From Elsinoe ampelina (taxonomy: Eukaryota): a stretch of 64,000 bases of DNA. The notes beneath the pieces were generated by a model. The model was not told the origin of the DNA. It saw only the letters and a list, made by a program, of their open reading frames with translations, and made no database searches. The DNA is taken from the NCBI GenBank assembly GCA_010093995.1, contig ML992510.1, forward strand, positions 1,181,339-1,245,338. The letters are read 5' to 3'. The number at the start of each line of letters is the position of its first letter. Position 1 is the stretch's first letter. The translations under genes and the position numbers were made by a program. Of the stretch, positions 11,403 to 24,347 are shown one piece after another.

Positions 11403-14139
11403 GGGGGGTGGGTCGTCGTGGATGGGGAGGTAGGGGGCAGGGAAGGGGAGGGAAGGGCAGGGTGTCTGCATTGTTCATTTGACGGCCGGTTTGCATTGGT
11501 TCTCTTGAGCGAGAAGGATTGGGATTTGAGGTTATGTGATGAGTTATGAGCGATCTAGTCATGGGATGTCATTGGGAATGGAGAATATTGATCCTGCATG
11601 CATTATACATTGAAGACTTACTGGCTGTTCCTTTTCTTGACTCGTGAGATCATTGTGAGACAGGAAAAGAAAGTGTTTCTGCCAGGGCAGAAAATGCGGC
11701 TCGGTAAGAAGCATGTTCCATGTCGCTCTCGCTGTGTGTGGGCTTGGCAGGGATGTCGACGGTAGACCAAGGTATGGATGACTAAGCCCCTCTACAGAAG
11801 CGAAAACACCAGCACACGAGAATGCACCTACTGTGACGCGGTACAATGATCGTCGGATCTGCCATCTCCTGGCTGAGCTGGACAAGGCAGCATGGAGCAT
11901 TCGCGGGCATGATCATGGCGTTTGTTCCTCCTTCAGGAGGCATGGTGCAGGTACTTGAGCTGGTGGCTGTTGTGTACGTTGCGCGTCAGTAGTCGATCAT
12001 GGCGCCTGGCAGGCTCACTGATCCACGTCGCTCAGAGATTCAGCGACGCCACAAGTCGAAGATCAAGATTCTTGTTCCGCAGCAGTCTCTCGCTGTCCTT
12101 GGGAGCTGGAATATGGCTGGAGGGCTCGGACAGCTACCTCTCGTCGGTCCGTTGGAAGCTTCTTGTCTTACCCCGGCCAGGAACAGCGGCCACTCATTCG
12201 TGGGCAGGTGCTTCGACGATGCGGTCCGTCTGTGTTTGGGCGAATGGTCCCTGATGCTCTCTGACTAGAGCTGGAGCTGGACTCGGGTGATGAGGTCTGC
12301 GTCTGGTCTGAGCCTTTCGTGCGAGCAGAAACGGACCTGGATGGTTGTCAGTAATCGGAGATACGGAGCTCAACGCGTCTTGCGTCTGGTTTGTGGTTGT
12401 CTGAGCGAGTAAGCTCGTATCCTTCTTTGTGTTGACTTCGTTTGTGTTCAGCTCTTTGTTCGTCCGGGTATATTTCCGTGTAGAAGGATCCCGCTGTTCG
12501 CTGTTGCAATCTTGTGTGGTCGTCGGACGTGCTCGGTCTTTGGGTTCTTTGACGTGTCCGTGGTCAAAAAGGCTGACGATCGTACGATATCTGCATGTTG
12601 GAGGAGGAGATGGTCTAAGCATCGATGCCAGGTGGGTGGTACAAAGTGGTCTTTGTGTTCAAATCGAGGTAGGCCGTCAGCCACGGGAATCCTTGAATAC
12701 TTCGTAATGAAGTGGTTTAGGCCCTGATGAATGCCTACAGAACTCGTGTCAGACTTTGATACTTCTTGTATTACCATTGATTGTGGATAGGGTTAGGACA
12801 TAATCATACGAATTCTCTTCCGAGCAAGCAGATGGGATGAACTATCGTGGTATGGCATCATGGTATGCTAGCAAAGAGGGCATCGTCGGGACCGGGAGAG
12901 AAGGTCTTCTAGTCGATGAGCGTGCCGGAAAGAGTCGTGATGCTCTCTGACAGACGTGTTTCCTGATCTGAAGACTCGACCAGGAGGTTCACTGTGAGCG
13001 AGAGCTGTTCAGATGTTGTGGACCACTGGGGTTTTCATCCGGTGTACACGCGGCTGGTTTGCCTTTGGGTCGCACGAATAGGCCTCAACGACCCGGCATA
13101 GGTTGTAGTCCGAAGACATGGCCACAAAGGGCCCCGTGTGGCTTGACGATATGCTGTTCTCGCTGAACAAGTGTACAGAAACCCATTTTGGGCAGTGATG
13201 TGCTCATGTGAGTCATTGTATCGTACGAATGATGGACCAGGGGTTTGCTCATAGGGTTGGGACCTGTGGGATCTGTGCCTCTGTTAGGCGTGTAGGTCAT
13301 TCAGGTTGGGAAGTGCGTAAACTCCGTGGAAGGTAGAGAAGTCGTGATCTAACGGTGAGATGCAGGGCCTCCCAGGATTGTGTAAAATAGTGCAACGACT
13401 GCAATCCTCGCTTGGGCACGTGTCGGGAGGCCGTAGGTCCGGCTTGACCTCTCACACGCGATCCTCCGTCGACGTTGTTCCAGGTCCGCGGATTCATTGT
13501 AGCACAATCTACCATCCATTGGCGTAGAATGCACGCGGTGGTCGGGGCAATGCCGTGCGATGCTCGTGTGTTATGCGCCGAGCACCACTCCTTAGCCTCC
13601 TTATTGGCCAGAGCCGCAATGGCTGAAAGAGGAAATCGCAGGAATGCTGCAGCATCAGACGAGCCGAGCCAATGAGAAGCAGGATAGGCACAGAGAGTGA
13701 AATACAGTAGGACCTGGAGAAAGAATTTTTCTTTTCGTACATACGCCATTATTGAACGGCTCCAAAGTCCGTCCGGCCGGCAAAAGCGCTATGCTGGTAT
13801 TGGTACATACATACATGTTCATTTCGCCTCGACCAAGCGAGAGGCGTTGTGGCATTGGCCTCGTCTCAGTGTGTGGGTGCGATGCGTTTGCGCACAAAGT
13901 GATTCGTTGATGTTGTGCGCTTGTGCGCAAGGTGGGTATCATTTTAGAACCGAAACGGGGCTGTTGTGGAGAGCAGAGATGCATGATTATTCGGCTCTGC
14001 TAGATTACCACGCGGAAGTGGTTGTGTTGTTCGTGCTGCATCCGTCAAAGCATGGATGCCAGTGTAGTGTGGTAGGCGTAGCCATATGCTGTGGCCATGT
14101 CGAATTGTTGCAGCTGTACTGCGACAGCTGCGCCTCGAG

Positions 14140-15370
14140 TCACGACGAATGCGCTTGCGATGGTCGTCTTACGCCAAATCTGGTCGGGTCTGGGAAAGGA
14201 TGAGGAACGGCAGACGGGAACTCGTTCTTCGAGAAGAAGACTTCGTAGCCGGTAATGTACGATGCATTCGCGTCCACCATGAGCAGCATCCTCTCCAGCA
14301 GCCCGTCCAACCCGAGTGTGTGGAGTCCCCCCTTCAAAGTCACCAACTTCTGCAAACCCTTCATGTGCGTCGCGTACGTTTCGGAATCGCCAAACATTGC
14401 CTCGTAAGTAGCCACGCTGAGAACTGCTCCGATCAGTTCATCGCTCAAGGATTTTGCGGGATCGTGCAGGCTGTCGTTGATGCTGCGGAGCGCCATTCCG
14501 CGAAGAGTGATTATATCGATATTGTGGACTCCTGGGCCCTTTACCGAGCTGCAGTGAGCTGCAGCCAGCAGCAGCACAGAGTGCAGCAATGTCGTATCGG
14601 TCAAAACAAAGGGAAACCAGACGTGTCGAAGCAGACCGCGGCTGTGTTCACCATCCAAGGCCGGATTTTCGGCTGCTAGATTGGCGAGATCTGTGCGGCG
14701 ATGCATGTCAGTTTATGCAATGTCAAACATGCGGCTAGTCCCGAAAAGGCTATTGCACGAATCCTCAAGCTTCGTCCCCACGGAGAAATCAACGGGAAGA
14801 GGGGAACTCTGCCAAAAACAAATCGAAACAAGTGCACGCAAAAGTGCGGCTCTACTCACAGTGATCGATAACAAGGGAAATAGAGGCGTGCCATTGCGGC
14901 GGATAAATGTCGTAGGGATCCAGTTGGCCGGGACCTGATAAACTCCCAGAAGGCGTGGGGCTCTGCAGGGGACTCGCAGATGTGGATGTCACGGAGGAGC
15001 TCGGTGCGGATCGTGACGACCGCATAGGTGATGTCTCAGGTCTTGGGGACATCTCGCCGGGTATGCCAATGGTATGGGATGTTTTGAGTCGCGGCGGTCG
15101 ACGTCCAAGATCGGGACTGGTGGCAGCTTGAGGAAAGCTCCTGCTCCGTCTGGCAGCGGCTTGTGCTTGTTGTTGTTCTCGCTGGTGCTGATGTCGAGTT
15201 ACATGTGACCGGACTGTCCTCCTGGCTCTCGAAGCCTTTGCTTCGTTCGGATGACTGAAATTAAGAAACTCGAAATCGATCTGCTGAGAGGGTGGACGTT
15301 CAGGAGAGGCGGCAACCTTGCCTTTGGCCGAGTCTGGGGAGCCAGGAGCGGGTGACGCTGACGGTGACAT
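14140..15370 (-). CDS. Fungal-specific transcription-factor-domain protein without a Zn2Cys6 cluster (intron 14859-14691)
   Basis: FEFLNFSHP...RRTVRSHVTR N-terminal motif, GQLDPY, WFPFVLTD..LLHSVLLLAA and HMKGL..LV.LKGGL..LG. Confidence 0.75.
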
Positions 15371-18111
15371 GTCAGGTGAGGAAGGAAGGTGAAGAAGGAC
15401 TGGAAGTACGGTGACTTGTCATGTCAGAGATGCACCAGCCACAGTCGAATGCCTGATATTTGAGTGCAGGGCAAGAATGTTGCAGCCTCATCGGGAGGGC
15501 AGCACCCTGCGTCTAGTTGGGGAAGCCAGTCGTGGCGGTGATGTCGACCCAAATACAGACCCGCATGCTCAGCTGTGTGTAGAATATGGGAGCCTACGAT
15601 ACGCACGCCATGTGGCCCAAGAGGATACAGAGATCGGGAATCGTTTAGTATTGACAAAAGGAATCAGACCTACTCGGACATGAACAACAAAAGTGGCAAG
15701 GTTTGCTTTAACCATTTCGGTGAAAGGCGCCTATGTCCGAGCGAGGGTGTGTGGTAGGAGTATCAGTTTAGGACAGGGAGCAGCATAAGGTTCGGAAGTG
15801 TGTTCGTGACAAATTGGGGCTCGTTCTGTGACAGGGGAGAAAAGAACAGTAGCAACCACGGAGTCGCCGGCAGATTGGGTCTTTGGTGCAGAGCCGTCAG
15901 AGCTGTAGCGGGAGATGATTGACGTAGCTTTAGATTCATCGGCCGAGTCCAGACCGCTAGGGCAGAGTCTTGTATTGTGGCTTGACAGTTGACTGAGCCA
16001 CATCAGGTGTCCATGTCGGAAGCCTATTCGTAGAAGTAAAATTCTGAATCTTCGGGGAATTTCTCTTCCATGGAACCCATGTCATACCATGGATCCGTCA
16101 ATCTAGGGCGTGATCCAATCACATGACACTCTTGAGCATGTCCGGAATCTCTCATGACTATCTGTCCAGTGGTTGTACCTCAGCCGCTTGTCATGGATCC
16201 GTCGTGGTGAAACTTCTGGAGAATCGGCCCTTTTCGAGGACCGTTGTGCACGAGTGACGATACCATGGTAGTAGTATCAGCATCGCAAGACCACTGCTAG
16301 TCACCTTGATAATCTCTTCACCGGGTCGTCGTCGTTGGTGTCGTTCTGCGAACTGGTCCATCGGCGAGCTGCGTTTCATTCGGATGTCAGTCCTTCCGCC
16401 TAAGTCGTCAACGGGTTGCGCCATCATCAGCGGCGATCAGCCTTAGGGGATTGAGCCCTATGAGATCTAACGGCGACGCCGTTCCTCTGGGCTGAGGATG
16501 AAGAGCATGTCAAGATCCCGTGTGTTGTCAGGTCCATGAGAGAATCGCAGCCACAAAGCCACAGGTAATTCTGCTGCCTTGTGGCTAGTGCATGGCTGTG
16601 CAGTCCCCACAGTGTGGTTATTGGTACGCGCCCTCGATCCCCCCACTTTACTAGCGCTTCCCTAGTGCATGTTGCTATTGATGTAACTTAAGGCATCGTC
16701 GTTGGGAATAATGTCGAGTCGTGCTTCCACCCGCTTGGAGCTCCTTGAGGATGCGTGTGCATGCCCTAGATGGCAGGTGGTCTCTGTCACATTCGCTAGG
16801 AAACAGTGTCCCGACGGATGCCAGTTCGGGTAGACGTCTTGCACGGTGTTCCTGGTCGTTTCCCTGCCCCTGGTTTGTGGCCCTGGATATGATCCGTCAA
16901 GTGGGATCGTCATTATCCAGATGATCTACCTGCGAATCGGGTCCCTCCCCCCACACAAAGCTGCAAGCCACATCGTCTAACCTGCCCTTACTGGGAAAAG
17001 GCAATCTCGAGTGCCGGTCAAGAGGAAAGTCAAGCACGGTTGGAAACGTGCTTGGGAGAGAAGTATAGAAGTGAGACTCAACAAATCGCAAAACCTCCGG
17101 TTGGAGATGACGACGATGCATGTCTTGCTTTGCAAGATGTAACCATGGAATGGACAACGGGCGAACTGAAGTCTATTCTCTTCCTCCGTGTCGTATTGGA
17201 AAGATACCGAGGGGCGTCTCGTTGCGAGATTTCTTGTCTTGGATTAATATTCTTCTGCATTGCAACCCACTGCTTGGGCAATCTTCTTTGTCCTGCGGGA
17301 TACTCGTATGCAGCCCTCGGACCTATCAAGTCTCACATTCGACGATCATCTGCAGGCCAAGTCTATATATTCGCGGCCCGCGGCACGGTTCAAACTCCTC
17401 TCGTCAAAGATTCGCGAGCTTAAGCCACATGATGCCCATCTGCTCAAAGTCCATCTTGTCCCCTGCCCTGCCCGCTGTACGCGCCGTCATCTCGCTAGAC
17501 AAACAGCGTGCTCGACAAGTATATGTGTATATAGGATACAGCCATCCCACCGATGCTTGTGTCATGCAGCGAGTCCTGTCCGATCAAACAGGATTCCATC
17601 ACTGTGGGTCTCTTCTTGATGGTTTCCCCGGTGCTTCTTGCATAGCCCTAGCAGCTGGCATGTCGGCAACCGTGGTATTGTCTTTGCACGTGCCTGCTCT
17701 AGTAATATTCCAAATCACAACGCCCTCATAGTGCTCGGCCTGAGTAGAAATTGCAGTCAAGGTGTAACAGCCTTCATCCTCCCTCTTTCCTCGCGGGACT
17801 TCTCGTGGGACCTGAGGCTGTCGCAATGACACTCGGGACAGCCATGCCCACCACCGTTATATTGCCTGCAATCTAACGTTTCCACTGCAGACAGGTCCCC
17901 CAGCTTCGGGTCAGATGGAGCAAAGCATCTTTCCTCCAAGCTGCCCCACCTGCACCTTGCAATCCCTTTCGCAATTACCCTGATATCCATTATGCTGGTG
18001 GGTTCGCATCACGACCTGGGTCCAGCAGCCTCTCCCACCTTCTATGGCTTCCCCTGAACAGTACCCATCCTCAAGGCGAGGAAGCATGGCAATGCTCGAC
18101 CACAACAGTAC

Positions 18112-20343
18112 TCACAACATTGGCCTACTGGCTTCTCCCACCTCCTTCTTCACGATTCCTCTCGCGATACCCCTAGCGACAGCCATACCGGTAATCATAG
18201 GATTGACTCCACTCGCAGCCGGGAAGACACTCGTATCAACCACATACAACCCTTTCGTACCCCAGACCTGCCCGTCCCCATCCACAGCGCTCGTCCTCGG
18301 ACTGCTTCCCATCCTTGAACTCCCCATCTGATGTGCCGATGCAAACTGAGCATCCCTGCTCGGTAGACCAGATTTGATGAGCGGAGCAATGTAGGTCCTC
18401 AACCACTTCTCCAGCCTCTCCTGCTCTTCATCCTCACTCCCATCCCCCCGAGCAAGAGGCGGCACAAAAGGCGCAGACACCCGCAGCTCCCTCGCGCCCA
18501 TGGTCCACGCAATACGCGCCAGAGCCTCGAGACCCCTGGCGATATGTCTCGCGTCCTTGTTGTTCACACTATACGCCAGCCTCGTGCGCCCAGCGTCTTT
18601 CGGATCCTCGTAGACCTTCCCCTCACCACTATCCCTCGCCAAACTGATGAACCCTACCGCATGGCCCATCTTGCCGCACCACTCTTTCCAGTCCAGCGCG
18701 TCGCGCCAGGGGAACATGGGCAGGAAGAAACCAGGCAGCATGGTCGTGGCTTCGAGCTTGACGCCGTGATGGCGTCCGTCTAGGTTTTCCAAGTCGGAGA
18801 CGACGGAGGTAAGGATGGGGCCGTCCCAGGGGGAGGTTCGCTCGGGCATGATGGCGCCGAGACTGTTGACCGGGTGGAGCTTGAGGTGGGAGCCGATGTG
18901 AGGGTTGGTCAGTCCGGAACGTTTGAGGAGGACGGGGGTCTGTAGAGCCCCGGATGCGAGGATGACTGCTTTGTTCGCGGAGAGGTGGACGCGGCGAGAG
19001 TAGGAGCCTGATGTGTTTGGGAAGCTGTCGGTTCCTCGAGAAGTCCAGATGCCTTCGACGCCGGTCGCTCGTCTTGATGACCCGTTTGCGAAGACGACCT
19101 TCGAACAAGCGAATCCTTCGAGGAATGTAGCGCCTGCCCTGGCGGCATCTGGCAGCCATGTCTCTGTCGGACCTTTCTTCCCGCATGAACCACATCCTAG
19201 GGTGCAGTAGCCGCACTGGTGTGCTTCGCCTCCCGTGTTCTGCGGTACCGCTTTGGCGTTCATGCCCAGTCTTCTGGCACCTTCGAGGAGTACGCGATTC
19301 GTGGCATTGTGTTCGACTGCGGATGTCGACACTCCCATGCGCTCACATACTGTGTCCAGATCTGATTGAAAAGCAGCGGACGTGAAGTATGGCAATCCTG
19401 ACAGTCGAGCCCATTCCTGTCGGATGGCTGACTGGAGCTGAAGAGAGGCTGACCAATTCACAGACCCCCCTCCGCCCCAGCAGCTACCTGATACCACACT
19501 AAGCAGTCCACCGTCGACTTGGGTGATCCCACCATTGTGAAAAAGGTTCTGTGTAGCCTGGAGCTCAGTCATGGGTAGATGCTTAGGTGACCAGTAATAC
19601 GACTTGTCTGCAACGATGACCGAAAGACCTGCTGTCGACAAGATGGATGCGGCGACTGCACCTGTACAACCAGATCCAATTATGATGACATCAGCCGTCA
19701 AAGTCTCTGGCGTTTCCGAATCCCTTAATGGAGGTATTTGTACAAACTCGAAGGGGTATCCTTCCCCGAAAGAGTGATTGATAGGAGTGTAAGGGTACGT
19801 GAGCAACTTCCCCAAGACAGGCGATGAGCGGATCCAGATGATGCTTGACAATTGAGTGAAGGATCTGTACAAGTTGCGATAGAATGGGATATATGCTTGA
19901 GACCATTCCTGAAGGATCTTCGTACGCTCCGCCAGAGGCAAATACGCCACGGGCATGGTCCGCCCCGTCAACAGTAGAGAGCCAGCTCGATTGCCCAGAG
20001 CAGTCAGGATGAACTGTAAGCCTTCTCTCGTCTCTGAATCGGCATAGAAGGTAATGAAGCGAAGGGCACAGTCCTTGAAGGCATCACATGATGTGATGGA
20101 CTCGGCAAGGTAGTCATCTACTAGGGCAGATTCTGTTCGGTCCGGGCTCGTAGTCTGTGTGATAGCCTGCTTGGTCTTCACGATCCGGTCCGAAGTGATC
20201 GAGAGCTGCTGGGTAGAGGCTTGTACTGTCGTCGACGCTAATGATGGTATCACAGCCTCGGCGAGTGCTGACAGTGTTTGCCACTGAGCTTCTGTGAGCC
20301 CATCAGCTGGTGGCGCAGGGCCTTCCGGTATCGTCTCTTGCAT
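18112..20343 (-). CDS. Long-chain fatty alcohol oxidase/dehydrogenase (GMC oxidoreductase, 743 aa)
   Basis: DVIIIGSGCTG FAD-binding motif, GSCWGGGGSVNWSASL, CGYCTLGC, SAHQMGSSRMG and SGVNPMIT. Confidence 0.9.
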   Translation of the reverse strand: MQETIPEGPAPPADGLTEAQWQTLSALAEAVIPSLASTTVQASTQQLSITSDRIVKTKQAITQTTSPDRTESALVDDYLAESITSCDAFKDCALRFITFYADSETREGLQFILTALGNRAGSLLLTGRTMPVAYLPLAERTKILQEWSQAYIPFYRNLYRSFTQLSSIIWIRSSPVLGKLLTYPYTPINHSFGEGYPFEFVQIPPLRDSETPETLTADVIIIGSGCTGAVAASILSTAGLSVIVADKSYYWSPKHLPMTELQATQNLFHNGGITQVDGGLLSVVSGSCWGGGGSVNWSASLQLQSAIRQEWARLSGLPYFTSAAFQSDLDTVCERMGVSTSAVEHNATNRVLLEGARRLGMNAKAVPQNTGGEAHQCGYCTLGCGSCGKKGPTETWLPDAARAGATFLEGFACSKVVFANGSSRRATGVEGIWTSRGTDSFPNTSGSYSRRVHLSANKAVILASGALQTPVLLKRSGLTNPHIGSHLKLHPVNSLGAIMPERTSPWDGPILTSVVSDLENLDGRHHGVKLEATTMLPGFFLPMFPWRDALDWKEWCGKMGHAVGFISLARDSGEGKVYEDPKDAGRTRLAYSVNNKDARHIARGLEALARIAWTMGARELRVSAPFVPPLARGDGSEDEEQERLEKWLRTYIAPLIKSGLPSRDAQFASAHQMGSSRMGSSPRTSAVDGDGQVWGTKGLYVVDTSVFPAASGVNPMITGMAVARGIARGIVKKEVGEASRPML

Positions 20344-20882
20344 TCTCTTATAACAACATCAAGTCTAAGAACAGTAGCATTCGCAGACGGGCTGCACGGG
20401 GGTTCGAGGTGAGGGAAAAGTTGTGCTAATAAGTCATTGAAACTACCGAAACATCCGACGCTAGTGGATGACCCCAGGACTTGAAAGTTGACGATGCGGG
20501 GATCTGAAACCTGCGAGAATCCCCGTTTTCTGGTCTTGCATGATCATTTACATGCCAGTGCCCTGTGCCCTTCTCGTTGCAGCGCAGCGATTGTGTATTC
20601 TTGCGATTCTTCAGAGACTCGGAAATCACCTATCCGCATAGGGTCACGCTCAATGTTGCCGTATTTAGTCCCGCCAATGGGCTGCGGCTGAATTTCACTT
20701 TGCCGTGATGGTCAGATGGTTTGACACAATGCGTTGGGACGAGGTAAGAAGACGGACGCCTTATTCTCTTGGGCTGACACCCGTCAACTCAGATTGTACA
20801 GCTCTTTCTCCATAAACCGACACAAGTCAAATCAAGCGGATAGAGAGCATTGCCTAGCACATTTTACAATCCACTTCGCAGC

Positions 20883-22041
20883 ATGGTCGACATCAAGACC
20901 GTGGCCCTCGTAGGGTACACGATACCACTGATACTGGCCCAAGTGCCCTTTCTGTTTTTGAAGCTCCTGATCAGACGCGCCTGGCTGGGCTCCGAGCTGA
21001 GCTTGTCCTCTGACTTTGGACGAACGCTGATACGAGAGTATGTATTGAACGAAGTGGCCAATTCCACTGCTTACCCGAGATAGACTGAGAGGCATACCGA
21101 TATCGTTCATACGCTTCATCGGGAGTCCTGAATTGATGCCAGACTTGGCCCAATCGAAGCGTTATGGCCCTATCGCTCAAGATACCTACCAATCGATATC
21201 TGCCCCGGGTTTTGAAGGGTGGTGGCATATCCAAGGTCCTCCCGGCGATCGGACCGCAGCGAAGGATTGCGACAAGGTCATCTACTTCATCCACGGTGGA
21301 GCCTATGTCATTGGAAATTCCAGGACTTCGCTGGTTCAGCATTTGAGGATGGCCGAGGTCTGCGCAAATAATAAGGTCAAGCTGGCCATTTTCGCACTTA
21401 GGTACCCGCTGGCACCAGAGGCGACATGGCCAGCCCCGATTGAAGCTGCAGTGGCCGGCTATCGGTGGCTTGTTGAGCATGAAGGCATCGATCCTCGGAA
21501 TATCATCCCATATGGAGAGTCAGCCGGTGGTCATCTCGTAGTCGCTTTGCTCTATGAGATTGCTCGCCAGAAGCTGGAGAAGCCAGGTCACGCAGTGCTC
21601 ATGTTCCCATGGCTCAACTTACACAATCGGTCGACATCATTCGATCGTAACAAATATCTCGACATACTCGGACGATCAAGCCTCGATGATGCAGCGCTTG
21701 CAGTACTCCCAGAGTCGCTTCGGGAGAAGTACAAGAATGTACTGGATTTTAGCCGGCCCAGCGATGGCCACTCTCTGAAGGAGATTCTGCCTGACAAAAC
21801 GTGGATGTCGGTCGGATCTCACGATCGGTTTGTCGACGACATCATCCGTTGGACGGAAATCGCGCGCAAAGATGGAGCGAAGGTCGATCTAGAAGTTGTG
21901 CCTGGATTTGCTCACGGCGGCACCATAGCTCGCGATGTATTCAAGACGACGTCGTTCCTGGCACTTGGGCCTGATCAGGACGCGGAGGGAATTATGCCGG
22001 GGGCAGAATACATGGCAAGTGGTGTCCTGTCGATCCTGTAG
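20883..22041 (+). CDS. HSL-like alpha/beta hydrolase (Say1/steryl acetyl hydrolase-like esterase); intron 21038-21083
   Basis: HGGAY oxyanion motif, GESAG nucleophile, D and H downstream (HDRFVD, FAHG), and a hydrophobic N-terminus in exon 1. Confidence 0.85.
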
Positions 22042-24347
22042 AACGGTGTGTCGACTGTGTAATGGAGAGATGATTTTTCAGGAGTGATTCCACAGCTCCG
22101 ATCGGTCCGACGGAATGTTGTGGTTGAGTGTATAGGCTGACGGTCATTTGGCTGTTGGCGCCAAAATTACATGACTTTTAGCATGTGTGCCTCGGTCATT
22201 GCCGTGCAGCGGACAGGTGATCACACCTGTTCGTTAGCTATCCGGTGGTGTAGGGCTGGACTAGACCGCCATTCGTCCACGAGGGTTTGCTCAGCCAGGG
22301 CTGACCTCGGGTGATTGTGATCTTCCTGCAACGTGATGAGAATCAGGGAACAGAAGCAGGCCAATTTGATCGTCAGGAGCAGTGTAAGATGATCTCCTCG
22401 GGTGCATGATCATCAAACACGTCGAGCAGAAGCGAGATATTATTCTCATTCAACTTTCCTATCTGCAGTCATGTGTTCCATGGTACTCGCCAAGGTATGA
22501 AGTCGTTGTCCTCCCTGTTCTGGAAGGATGGAATTCAAAGATACGGAATTCGGAGATGGACCCCGGCGTAAAGGGTCTTTCCGTCGGTGAGCTCCCTAGT
22601 GCCAGGTCGGCGGCTGAGTGTCGCGTGGTTTCTTTGATTTGAGATCGGGTTGCCTCGGCTGATTGCGATGCCAGCGGTCGGCAGCGACCTACCAAGATTT
22701 AAGCACCGCCCCGTCGGCGTGTCCACGTCGGCGTGACTGTCAGGTGGCAATCTTACAGAGTCCAGACGCACTCAAAAGTGGTCATACGAGGTTTGCGCCC
22801 TTTGGTTCGACAGCGTGGCGTGTGGTGCTCGGAATTCACGCGATCAAATTGTGAGCATGTCTGTGTCCGCGGACATGTGACTGGGACGGTTCACATCGGC
22901 TGATGTGTCATGGAAATGGAACCAGGAGACAGCCCTGAGGGCAAAGACAGGGAGGAACAGCGACGGGGTCTGCCCAGCGTCGCAGGTCTTGGGACTTTCT
23001 TTTCTCACATGCCTGGGTAAAAATAGGCGCGCGTCTGACGTCTGCTTCCTGCGAACTCCTGCATCAGGAAACATGTTGGTAGACTTGACGACACTCGGAA
23101 GATCGCGATGAGGATTGTTTGTATCTGCTGATGTACATGGCTGAAAGTTCCCAATCTCCAAAGGTCTCCAAAAATGGTGAGAGACATGTACAGCCGGAAA
23201 GGTAGAGGAGATAAGCCGGTTGTCAACGATCTGGACTTTTTTGGTTCGAGCTGGCCGTCAGGGTGTGCCCGAGCCAATGAAAATGCTCCGTTGCTTATCT
23301 CTGCTGGGCCCTTTGTGGTTAGTGGATTTTCCTGGCGCGGCACGATGATGCTGCGGGATCGACGTGGCAGGTCCTCGGCCACGAAATTCCACGAACTGTC
23401 CTGCATGCTCTCACCTGTCGCGTCGCTTGGATAATGGTCCAATGCTGTGTGCTACCAACATGCGACTGTGTAGCCTGAAGAGCAAGTCATGCGACCCGGG
23501 TTGTGACACGGTGTGGCTCCGAGAGGCTGTTCGAGATTGAAAAGCACATGTCAAGCGTGCCGAGCGGGTCCGGCGGGGAGCAGAAGCCCATGCGTCGCTG
23601 TCTTTCCCCATCATTATTGAACCTTTGAGCAAAAGACCCACTCGTCGTCTACAGAGCCATAAATCCCACCGCTGTGAGTGGTCGCCAACGGGAAAAACGA
23701 ACGTGACAGAGTGGAAAGCTTAGCAAACGGTGAATAAGGTGGTCGTGTGCCCTCGAGCTCCAAAGGTCCAAAGGGAAAGAGGAAAAGCAATCCCAGCGCG
23801 AGCAGAACTTAACACTGGCCGCATCCGTCGACAACAAAAAGATATCTCTGCGGTCCTGACACAGCGTCTCGACACAGTATCCCTGACTCGACAGTCTTCG
23901 TCCGATCTTTTCCCGCCTGTCGTACCGTTCGCATCCCTGTCGTCCTGCATCGCATTCCGCCCTCTTATCTCTCTCGCGCTCCCAGGACTGCCAATCGCTG
24001 CGCATCCGATCAGCAACGAGCCTTGCTTTTGCTCTCGCACAGATTCCACAAACGCTATCCCTTGCCAGGTGACTTGCAGACCGCCTCTTGAACGACAGGT
24101 CCGCATCTCTGTTCAACAAACATCCCGCATCCGCCCTGCACCTCACACGACCACATCTTCCTTCACACCTCTCACCCAGTCGACCACTTCTTCTCATCTA
24201 CCACTTCCTGCAATATACTCACGACACTCAATATAACTGTTCAACATGGTTTGCAACTGAGCGCCGTTGGCGTTCAAGTGTAGACAGACAGGCCGAGGAT
24301 ATTACATTCACCCGAAGCTTCACCTGACTTCCGACCATATCTTCACA

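Noticed and set aside
11880..12780. Overlapping minus-strand ORFs (12194-12622, 12448-12777) with intron-like signals near 12774-12735
   Set aside because: No splice combination I tried gave a long coherent ORF and there is no recognisable motif. It may be non-coding or a degenerate gene.
18050..18116. GTGAGT donor overlapping the alcohol oxidase stop codon (possible alternative C-terminus or PTS1)
   Set aside because: No convincing branch site or acceptor downstream, and the C-terminal PML is not a clear PTS1.
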